From Trichoplax adhaerens (taxonomy: Eukaryota > Animalia > Placozoa): DNA of 64,000 nucleotides. The notes beneath the pieces are model-generated. The model worked only from the letters and a program-made list of their open reading frames with translations. It had not been told where the DNA came from and made no database searches. The stretch lies in NCBI RefSeq assembly GCF_000150275.1, contig NW_002060948.1, positions 1,784,772 to 1,848,771 on the forward strand, read 5' to 3'. Shown here in pieces: positions 40,201 to 51,990 of the stretch. A program made the position numbers and the translations under genes. Position 1 is the stretch's first letter. Each line of letters opens with the position of its first letter.

Positions 40201-43200
40201 ATCAACACAATTTCCACCATTTAAGCAAGGAAATGATTGACATTCGTTTATGTTAATATGGCAATAAGTGTCATGAAATCCTGGCATGCAACTACATTGA
40301 TAACCATGATTACCATCAACACATGTAGCATTATTCATACAAGGTTGGCTAGAACATTCATCAATATTAACTTGACAATGATGACCAGTAAATCCTGCAG
40401 GACAGTAACATTGATAGCTGTCGACTCCATCAATACAGGTGGCAGAATTTTGGCAAGGTGATGATTGACAGTTATTGATATTAGTCTCACAATGGATACC
40501 TGTAAATCCTCTCTTACAAGTGCAAGAATAAGACCCCATAGTATCGTGGCACTTTCCTTGATGATGACAGGTAGTTGGTGTACAATCGATAATGTCTAAA
40601 TAATTTTTAGTAGATTAGTTAGTGTATAGCTTAGAAACACCAGCTATGGATAATGTAGAATAGATAATAACTTCAACGAAATATAATAGACATTGTCACC
40701 ATTATATCCTTCACATACAAAATGATTTTACCTTCTTCGCAGTGGCTACCAGTAATTCCTACGGGACAATTGCAAGAGTAGCTACCAAATCGATTAATGC
40801 AAGTACCATTATGCATGCATGGATGTCGTAAACATTCATTAATATCTGAACGATAGTGCAGGATAATATTTTTAAGGCATGCTGAATTTTTCGTTTATTT
40901 ATTGTAAATATTATTCTTACCTCCTCGACATCTTGATCCTGTTAATCCTTTTGGACATTGGCACTTATATGTATTCACTTGAGTATTGGTACATTTAGCA
41001 TTATTTTCGCATGGAAAACTACGACATGGATTCATATCTAGAGTATAACAAATGGGAGGAAAATATAACTAACAGCATATAATGCTACTTACTGCCAAAT
41101 AAATAGTTACTGTAACAACGTTATCCATGTATCTATTAATTAGTATTAACATATTACTATCAGCTGTAAGCTTATTAAAGATTTATATGTATACCTTTCA
41201 TGCTACGATTGTTATATTAAATATGATAGAATTAATGAATTTATAAAATTGACATAAAAATGTTAAAATTATTTGGCTGGTATTTGGTATAGAACTAGTA
41301 ATAATATCCTAATTATTCCTATAACCAATCATAGCATTTTCTCTTTAAAATAGAATCAGTATAGAATTTTAGGTTTTAATCCCATCTATAGGACAATATT
41401 TTAATATCAATTCGGGGAGGAGAGCATTCTATCATACAAACAATTTCAATCTTTATTAAGCGAAATCATATATAAAATTTCTTATTGAGTAGAGTTGATA
41501 TCTTACCGTCGCTACAAGTCTTTCCTGTCCAAGATACTGGACATATGCAATGAAAATCATTTATTCTATCAATACACGTGCCATTATTCCCACAAGGATT
41601 GGATACACATTCATTAATATCTAAAGTTAAAAGAAGACACTCGTAAATAATGCTGAATACACGTATGACGGCTCTACCCACGAGGATGAAAAAGTTTGTC
41701 ATGACATCGCTTATGAGAGAAGATTTAGCTATGGTACTTTACATTTGCATTATACTTAAATATGAGAATTACCATTCTGGCAACGTTGTCCTTCATATCC
41801 TTGAAGACACTGACATTTATAGAGATCTGGGCCATCATTTTGACAGCTTCCTTCATTAAAACATGGGCTTAAACGACATGAGTTCATATCTAATTTTAAT
41901 AGACAAGGGTAATTGCAATTTAAGTGCAATAAATTCAACATAAATAACGATATTAAACATCAACTAGTCGCTAAATAGTATTTCACATTTTATTGCATGT
42001 AGACATAAATTTAATTCATTTGCTACATAAATTATTATTGCTCAAGGTTTAGCCTACAGTTAATTTTTGCATTCTTGTTACCTTTTTCGCAGTTTTCTCC
42101 CGTCCAATTAGCAGAACATGTACATTGATACTGTTCAATACCGACATTTGTACAAGATCCCCCATTTTTGCAAGGCGAGCTACGGCAACTATTTAGATCT
42201 ATATATATATATATATACATTATCCAGGAGAGATTTCATACAAATTATTTCATAGATAAATAATTACTGACACGTGTAAACTTAAGCTTGCGATCAACTT
42301 CCAGTGAATGATTTATACAAGAGAAGACAATCAATTAGATTCATATTAAGACAATCACCTTGGTCGCAATGCTTTCCTGTCCAATCGGAAGGGCACAAGC
42401 ATTGGTAATTATTAATTTTATCGATACATTTTGCGTAGATATGCTTGCAAGGATTTGACTTACAATCATCAATATCGACTATAAAATGTAATATAGGAAA
42501 TTTTATCACGGTTAACCTGAAATTTACACTATTTATATCGACAGACTAGACACTGGATTAATTTGATACCACTTAGAGAAACTTACATGTCTCACAATAC
42601 GATCCGGTATGATTACTAGGACACTGGCACTTAAAACTATCAGGACCGGTATTATCACACTTTCCACCATTTCTGCATGGGCTACTTTGACAGGAATTTA
42701 GATCTATATTTAATTATTTACGTTTTAGATTCGATCGATGTACGAGTCTAAAATCGGTGTAGTATAATAATTGCGAAAATACCCTATATGTTTACGCTAA
42801 GTCATCTGATATGAAATTGCTTTTATCATGGTTAAATTGTGATGTAAGAATACATGAAATGCCTGTATTAAACAACGTTATTCAATATAAGAGCGAATAA
42901 ATGATCTCGTCCAAGAAGTACTAGAGTCTAAATCGGTATAGTATAACAATTATGAAAATATCTTGTATATTTAAAACTTTAGTAGAAGAAATATTTAAAC
43001 TCACCACTATCACAGTTAATTCCTGTCCATTGATAAGTGCAATTACAATAATATTTATCTGGACCAGTATTGTTACAACTACCGTGTTTACAAGGTGAAC
43101 TTCTACAAGAGTATAAATCTAAAGCATGATAGAATATCAGAGATATGTGAAATCATAAATGATAATAAATATATTGGCTTTAGCCATAATTTAGGCTAAT

Positions 43201-46200
43201 TTAGAAATTGTTAAACATTTGGTAGATTGCACTGTATGAATATTGGGAATAATTGATCTAAACTTTTAAAAACTATAAAATTGGCCTATCTTACCTGATT
43301 GGCATTGTTTGCCTGTCCAGCCTGAAGGACAGTGGCAAGTATAGGATTGTATACCATCTACACAAGTTGAATAAACATGCTTGCATGGATTCGGATAGCA
43401 ATCATCGATATCAACTGCAAATATAAATATCCATAATTGATGTGCTTAAGCTTTAAAGACGAGTACCGATTTCAATTTATCAAGGATATTATTAGTCTAA
43501 CTGAAAGATTAAATACCAACATGTTTCACAAGTAGATCCTGTGTAATTGGTTAAGCAATTACAAGAAAACTGATCTGGCCCAGTATTAAAGCAAGTTCCT
43601 TGATGTTTACATGGATTACTTCTGCAGGTATTTAGATCTATTAATAGATTAATCAAGTTATTTTCTGCCATTATTTGATTGTACATATAATACTAATGCT
43701 AATAATAATCCTTTTCAGCCATCTTTATATTTGTATATAGTCTACCTAATTATCAATTATTAAAATTGCTGATTCTCACTCTTATGCCTAAATGAGTGCT
43801 GATCGATGCAACACCAATTCTATCTATCGCCTATAGTTAAACTTGTTAAGCCAATTTATTATATGAGTAAAGCAAAACCAATAACTGCTGGCTTGATGCA
43901 AAGAAATACTATATTAATTTTTTATAATTATTATTCTGATTTAATGTTCTTTCATCTATAGTAGTCATAATTCTTTCCTGCCAATCAGTGATATATTGTA
44001 AGTTTAGGAAATAAACGTATGTCCTTCAATTGGGATATGTAAGATAGTTTATTGAGATCGTAAATTTTCATCGTATATTCTTTACTGATACTGTAATACA
44101 GTTATAGATTCCAATTCTTTGCAGGACATTATAACATCTTCTATCTATCAATCGGTGTAGTTGCTATCCAGCATTTGGTAGTTGTAATTTTCTGAAATAA
44201 TAACCTTGTTCGCAATGTTTTCCAGTCCAATCTGATGGACATAAACATTCATAACCATGAATTCTATCTAGGCATTTTGAACCCTGTCGATGACACGGAT
44301 TTGAAGCACATTCATTGATATCTGCAGATAAAATATTTTCTCAAGATTTTTCCTAATTAACACTAATAATTATCTAGCTCAAATAGTAATCAACCTAGAA
44401 TACCTGTCTGACAATGTTGGCCAGTAAAGCCAGCTCTACAAAGACACTTATACTGATTAGCCCCGTTATTATGGCAACTTCCGCCGTTATCGCAGGGTTC
44501 GTTTCTGCAAGCGTTGAGATCTAATTAAAGGAGAACCATCGCGTATAAGAATAACTCATAGTATTCTCTATCCAATTTATGATAAACAATAAGCTATCAC
44601 ATTTGTCGTAAACAAGTATTGCAGATTATTTATAAGCATATTGCATATCGGCCTGAATTTACGTCTCATGTAAAATTTCGAAATTGAAAATTATCTAAAA
44701 ATCTGTATACATTAACGTGCATAACATACTGGTTAATATCCGTAACAAAATAATCTTAAACTTATTGTAAACATAGCATCCATTTTGAGCTACAAGGTGC
44801 TTTCAGCTTTCAACCTTTACAGTCTTTATAAGTAAGAGTATATTAAAACATTTCTTAAAGTATAATAAATATAAAATCCTATTACAAGACATTTGATATC
44901 CTTTAATTCTTTTGTCTACACCCAGGTTCGATTTTGTAGAATTTAATACTCTAACATAGTCAACTTTCCCACTGGATATGGATAGAGTAAACTGCTCACA
45001 TTATCATTATATTTTTTTAAATTTAAAAATTAAAATCTGATTGCTATACATTCAATTTGAGCTACTTATTACCATTATGGCAATGTACGCCGGTGTAATT
45101 GGTAGCGCAAACACAACGATATCCATTAATATCATCGACGCAAGTAGAAAATCTGGAACATGGACCGGATGCACATTCATCAATTTCTGTCAATAATTAC
45201 AAATTATCTAATTAGCGCCATACTAATGCTTTATAGACAAATTGGCAATGAATGAATACGATTTAGACTTGTATGAAATTAATTAGGATGATGATTAAGC
45301 TCCTAAAATCTAAATTAATCAAGGATATGTAATTGTCCTTTAGTCATACTTATAGTACAATTCTTTCCAGTATAACCCGGTTGACATTGACAACTGTAGC
45401 TGTCTCGTCCAGTGTTAGAGCAGGTAGCACTGTGCTTGCATGGATTATGGCGACAAAAATTTAAATCTAAATACAGGTATATTGACTTTGTTAAATCTCA
45501 TAACAGAATTATTCCATTAATATTGACCGGATACTAGTAAATCATGATAGATTTTAAAGATAGCATAGGTGAAATTGAATATTGATGTAATTGAAATTGC
45601 ATTTATAAATTCGATTTATATCTCCATGTTTTTATACAATGTGAATTTACCATGTTGGCATAAGTTCCCTGTTCTATCGTTAGGGCATAGGCAGCGAAAA
45701 TGATTAACATTGTCTTGACACGTAGCGTAAGAAGGACATGGGCTTGAGGCACATTCATTAATATCTTCATTTATTAATTTAATAATAGTCATAAAGATTG
45801 CGTCAGATTATGAGCATTCTCTTCAATTAAACATAACTATTATCTAGTGCAGCAGAAATTTACCATATTGGATATGCTATAGTACCAATAAGATTTAAAC
45901 GCTGACAGGAAAATTTCGTTTAAATATCAATGACAAAGCCAAGTGTAACTTACTTATGGAACAGTCTGAACCATTATGTCCAGGAAGGCAATTACATCGA
46001 AATTGATTGATACCAATGTTGAAGCAAGTTCCACCATTGCGACAAGGTAAACTTCGGCAGGAATTTAAATCTATCGACATTTAAAATAAATTAGGCAGGA
46101 TATTATTGTTACAGAAACTTTCATTAAAATAGATCGATATTATAGATGCATGCACAACGACATTTTTAGTTTAGAATAAGTGCAACATGCTATTTCTAGA

Positions 46201-49200
46201 ATTACTTTAATTTTGTGTTAATTAAACATCATAGGCAATTATATTTGAATTTTTATGAGTAGAATAAGATTTCTAAAATAAAATCTGAAATAATTTGCAT
46301 TTCTAACTAGGAATAATTGCATACCTTGCTCACAGTGTCGACCAGTAAATGAATGGAAGCAAATACAAGTATATGCATCTGGTCCTGTATTGCGGCAAAA
46401 TCCTCCATTTTGACATGGTGATTTTCGGCAGATATGAAGATCTGTTTTCAAGAAATAGAAAAATTAAGTCTCGACTTACTTGAAAAGCGATTTATCCTGC
46501 TTATTATTCATTATTACTGTATAAGATCTGTTTCAAGATATAGAAAAATAAGCCTAAAATTGATCTGATAATAATTGATTTTACATATTTTGCGTGCTGT
46601 TATACATATTGCTCGTTGTTACTGTTTTTTCAAAATGATACCCATTAGTTTTTACTTTAGCCGCTGTTGAAATAACTTTTAAATATATTAGACGAATCGT
46701 GTCTTAATCCATATGCTACTATAGCTGTAAACTTGATATCATTCATATCAAAAATAGGTAAAATGACGGATGTAATAGTAGAAATGCGAAAATTGATCTG
46801 AATGTGCAGTTATAGGAAAGAAATAATTCAACAAATATGGAAGCAACCTTTTTCACATCGAATTCCAGTCCAATCATTAGGACATTGGCATGTATAACCA
46901 TTAATACCATCAATACAGGTTCCGCCAGAGAGACAAGGGCTAGATAAGCACTCATTAACATCTATATAGTGACATAAGTTCGTTATATTTAGAAAATATC
47001 CCAAAAAGCAGGAATGATATTGCTTATTAATAACTACATAAATATTCGATTTTGGCACTGCTACAACTTAAATACATTTTCAATAATCGAATATCCGTAA
47101 GTAACAAACATATTTATTCTAGATAGAGTAAATCTTTCAAATATAAAATAATAATACTGCATATTCGAATAGTGTGTATGGAACAGCAAAATATCAAGCT
47201 AAAAAAAAATGTATTTTGATATGATCATAAACGGATTTGATATAGCTTTTATGTATTTCTAGAGCTCCATCATGAACTATTTCAATGAGTACTATGGGAA
47301 AAAATACTTACTATTTTCGCAGTTTTTCCCCGTATATCCTGGAAGGCACGAACAAAAGTATTTATTTATACCTGTATTCATACAAGCAGCTCCATTTCGG
47401 CAAGGATTTGTTCGACACATCCTGTAATCTGTCAAGTAGATACAAGTTTATACGCAGGGATGGAATATAGTACTAGGGATGATGATGCAAAAATTTATTT
47501 CAAAAATACCATCTTGACATCTGCTGCCGCTATAACCATTAGCACATTGCATCTGGACCTTGATGCGAAAAATAGATTTGTAATTTATTGGTCGCTGACC
47601 GGTTAAGACAAATGTCTTGGTATGACCAGGTGAGACGTCAATATTATTATTAAATCTATCTAGGAGATCGTCTTGTCCATCAAAATAATCTTGATCATAG
47701 GCCGTGATATGAAGTCGAAATTTACCCTATCAGTAAATTCAATAACGTGAATAAAGTTTCTATTTGCATAGAGTAATCGAACGTTTAAAGCTATCATTCA
47801 ACGAAATTGTTATCATTTTATACCGTCCAAGGCTCGTGAATTGGAAAGATAATTGGGTTTTTACGGCCACTATCAGTTAATTTTACATCCGATGGAAAAT
47901 TGACATTTTCACTTCCATCAAACATAATGGTAGTAAAAGCTGCATATTGGCAGCCATATTGATTGGATTTACCGATACAAAAGTAAAAATAGTAATTACA
48001 AGCAGAGAATGTATCGCATTTCCCCCCAGTCCAATCTCTTTCGTGTTGATTGTAATACTTGAGCAAGTGGATTGTCACATAGCCACGAATTTCAGCTGAC
48101 CAGACGATCTTAATACATCCCTAGGATAACATAATTGAAAGAATGGGAGAATGAGATATGTAACTTGGATGATAACTGAAATATAGATTGCGAAGAGCCA
48201 ATGTTTCAGATAGAAAAATATTTATGCTGTACTAGCTTACATAATCATAGTGATGAAAAGTAAAAGAGAATAACACTCTAGTTAGCAAATAATGGGACAC
48301 GAGACTGATGCGTACGTATACATGATCCGACTAAAATCCAAATTAAATGCAAAAATATTAGAATTTGGGGCTTTAGTGGGCTATGCCAGTACTTTAAGTA
48401 TAATGTTAATTATACTAATAGATTTTATTGCTCTACGTAAATGTTTAATAATACGTAGTTTGGTTTTTTTTCTTTAGCAAATAGTCCTTCTTGAACTATA
48501 GGACTATGAGTACTCCTAATTCGAATTTTAGCGGTCTATTGTAAATAACAGCCGGGATTTGGGTTGCAGCTGTAACATATACAAGGTCTATAAAAGTAGC
48601 TACATGATTGAACAACTTTTAAATATTAAATTTTATTGGAGTTGTTTTGATAAATTAACAGCAACAGTCGTGTTTAGGGCCTAGCTGGATGTAAATATGC
48701 AGATACTTGTAGAAACATATTTGATATTTACGAAAAGCAAAACTGTACTAGATATACCGTACGACATTGCTAAATTATAAGGTAGTCTTCTTAAAATGTA
48801 TTGATTCCAGTATTTCTAAATTAGCAATAACTACAGATCAACATTAAAGATCGTAAGCTAATACATAAAGTAATTTAAATATGGCATGTTATACCGGAAC
48901 TATAATCCTCTTAAATGTCTTGATACTAGTATTACTGAATTAGCAACAGCTACAGATCAGTATTGAAGATCGTAAGCTAATATTTAAAGTGATTGATGAT
49001 CTGTTACATACCTTTTTGAGCTTGAATGTTTAATAGATAATCTATAATTGACAACGGTATTCGTACCTTACTCGTACAGCTGAACGTGTGCATTGCTAAT
49101 ACTAACATAAACTGAATATTTTTACTAGATACTCGTACATATGGTATATTTTATATAGTAATTTTATAAAAATTTATTCTGAAATAGCTTTAAATCAACA

Positions 49201-51990
49201 ATGCTGATTAGTAGGCTGTTGTATAAGACCTTGAATTTAGAGCTTATATTATCAACTAATATTATTTATGCGCTGGGCTATAATATTGGAATTTCATTAA
49301 AATTTTGACTATACTTTTAAATTGCATCAATTGTAAACTAGAATTAGTTTTATTAATAACTAATGTATTATATTGTGAAAATTATACAATCGTTACAACC
49401 ATCTACTGTCATAATGAGGATAGATGTAGGCGATACAATTTTGTGGTTACTTTAGTTTGATAGAAGTTACTTTTATTTATCCGCATGTAGTGGAATAATA
49501 ATTCTAAAATCTACCCTAATAAAATTTATTTTTCTATCCGCTAAGTATATGTTGTTGTTTTTTGGTTATAGTTAGCGCTTATAAAGGCCCTTTTGATTGA
49601 TCCTTTTAAGCTACCTCAATTTTCAGGATAGAAATGAAGTGTTGCCGTTAGTTCTTGTATAAAATAATTTATACTTACGGAGTTGCATTGTTATTGATAT
49701 AAATAATAAAATCAACATGAGCTTCCTACTAGGTTTACAGGAAAGTAATTCAATAAATATACAAGTACTGCTACAGCTAATAAATAAGTTGATACGGTGA
49801 AAAATCATGAAAGATCTTGATAAATGAATATGCATAGATGTTATAATTTATTCCGTTCTTTATGTAAGTTTAATTTGTAGGGATAGATCGAAGTGTGAAG
49901 GTCGAATGTCGATATATGAATTAATGTAAACTAAGTAAAAATTAACCATGTCCCACAATTGCAATCATCTGTTGCTAACATCTATGATAGACTTTTCTGA
50001 ACAAAGAATACAATGACATTTTATGAATTAATTAATGTACTTAGGGAGGACATAGTTCTTTTCGAAATTAATAATGTTTATATTTTTATACTATAAGGTA
50101 ATTGTATATGAAAAATCTTATAAAGCATATACACGTATATCAATATCAAACATACTTAGATTGGAGACTTTGAGTTAATTTTCATAAATACATACGTTAT
50201 AATTTCAAGTTATAACAACTATTAACAAGTGCCAATAATATTGTTACATAAAACTATATAGTACTGAAATCATGCTACGTAGCTCACAAGTTAACCGAAA
50301 ATGACATTTTCGGAAATTTAGTAATAAATATACATAAGTTACTCATCATGATGAAATTACTAAGCAAGAAATCTCCAAATATATTAACACAATATATCGA
50401 GTTATTCAGTTTAATCCTAGATATTGAATAAAGCATTTCCTATAATTGAGACAGATAGTAAAGGTGCTATTAATGCTATTTATAATAATTCCTACTTAGC
50501 AGTATAGAATACAAGTTGCCATTAAAATCAATCCCTTCTATTTTCGTTCTGTAATTAAATAGATGATCTCATCTAATCTCCTTGATATGCTAATAATTGA
50601 TCAATCAACTGTGAAGTGATTATGATGATCTACAAGTATTTCTATTTTGAAATACAACTAGGTCAATCATAGATTACATCTATTTGATTTATCATACGAA
50701 TGTAATTATAAATCTACACGTAATTTCTCAAGTTTGGTTCTTGTATAGTTAACTTGAGTCATGGCCAATTTCACATATTTTTTTTACCTTATTATTTAAG
50801 TAATCAATACTGGTCTTAATAAAGTACTAGGTAGATCTGTATTATCCAAGTCTTTATTGCCCTTAATATATAGTATAGCCCATATAGAAGATAAAGTAAT
50901 GGACGTGGCACGAAACTAGATGATTTATTTTAAGGTTAAATTTGACTGCATAAGTTGCATTAAGAGTGGTTGGATCATATATGCAAGTCTCTATCTTTCT
51001 CAAAAAATGCTAGAGTCAATACTGTAGTAGTTAATTTCTGTGGGTTAAATCAGACTTTATCATACATGATTTTAGACACTAAAAGAAATATAATAGGCAG
51101 GTAGAAATGCTTTGGTAGCAAAATTTCCCATTAAATTGGATCTTGATGAGACAGCATAGATGAAAGAAGTACCGATCTACTTGATGTTTAATTTCTCACT
51201 ATATTTCTAAAGATACTAGCTAACGAAGGTAAAATATTAAACAAGTGGGAATCGCGTAAGGATACATATTTCGGTTGAATTTAGTTTTGGTGGGATACAT
51301 TGGGTAAAATTTTAGTTTCGTGTGAATTTTCATTTCAATAGAAACTTTAATCAATACCGAAGACATGATAGACAAGCAGTAATATTGTAGTAATTGATTT
51401 TATCATATAATTAACAAGACCTAGATGATATTAGTCTTGATCAATTTCAAATATGTTTACTTCCTTAAAATATGTCCAAGGAATACTAGATGTAGGCAGA
51501 TACATATACGATATTACTGCAGTAGTTAACTTTCTTGCTAATCATGAAGTTTAGCTTGGCACATTAACAAACTAAACATATTCCCAAAATAGAACAACAA
51601 GGCAGATTGCATAGTAAACTAATGGATGGACGTAGTGCTTTCGTCAGTAAACGTAACTATCGCTAATAGTACTATCAACGCCGTATTTTGGCCATTGCTA
51701 TTTATGCTAATAAATTATCACTCATAAGATCACGCTAACCTTAAAAGTTATCGCACTTTGATCGTATGATCAAGGTTAGATATAATGATCCTTACTAATA
51801 CTACATATATATGTATAGTAGTTTACGATATTTGAAATAATTTAAAGTAGATATACAATAGACAGCAGCCTAACAGCAGCCTAACATAAGTTAATGACAG
51901 AAAAATGGTGTTCAAATTTTCAGTTTATGTATATATTTTACTTACTGAAAAGATTGTGATCCATATTAATAGTAACTTTAAGAACAGCAT
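34294..51990 (-). CDS. Delta/Jagged-related type I membrane protein: signal peptide, MNNL/C2 domain, truncated DSL, ~48 EGF repeats, TM, tyrosine-motif tail (~2250 aa)
   Basis: Exons: 51990-51946 ([15 protein letters not shown]); 48120-47824 and 47726-47510 (C2: [36 protein letters not shown]|[11 protein letters not shown]); 19 single-EGF phase-1 exons between 47428 and ~40732; a 4-EGF exon ~40596-40136; two small exons ~40009-39707; a large exon 39250-37173; 36912-~36533; 36423-36283; ~36159-36046; Ser-rich stalk 35153-35082; TM plus tail 34817-34294. All are GT-AG with consistent phases. Confidence 0.88.
39407..39700. repeat. Degenerate intronic tandem repeat, ~3 x 95-115 bp
   Basis: The block attttt.atctgttt.ag..at.gtt...ca.ttttcag.aatctagtaa...a.ttttat occurs three times. 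Confidence 0.75.
48776..48995. repeat. Degenerate tandem duplication, 2 x ~120 bp, in intron 1 of the ligand-like gene
   Basis: The block tcttaaa.tgt.ttgat...agtatt.ct.aattagcaa.a.ctacagatca..att.aagatcgtaagctaata..taaagt.att occurs twice. Confidence 0.8.

Noticed and set aside
36534-40461. Plus-strand and alternative-frame ORFs overlapping the EGF exons
   Set aside because: They are shadow ORFs caused by the repetitive codon structure of the EGF array.
34294-51990. Calling the EGF gene Notch, Crumbs or fibropellin
   Set aside because: No LNR, ankyrin, laminin-G, CUB or avidin domain and no ERLI terminus; the N-terminus is a ligand-type C2 domain.
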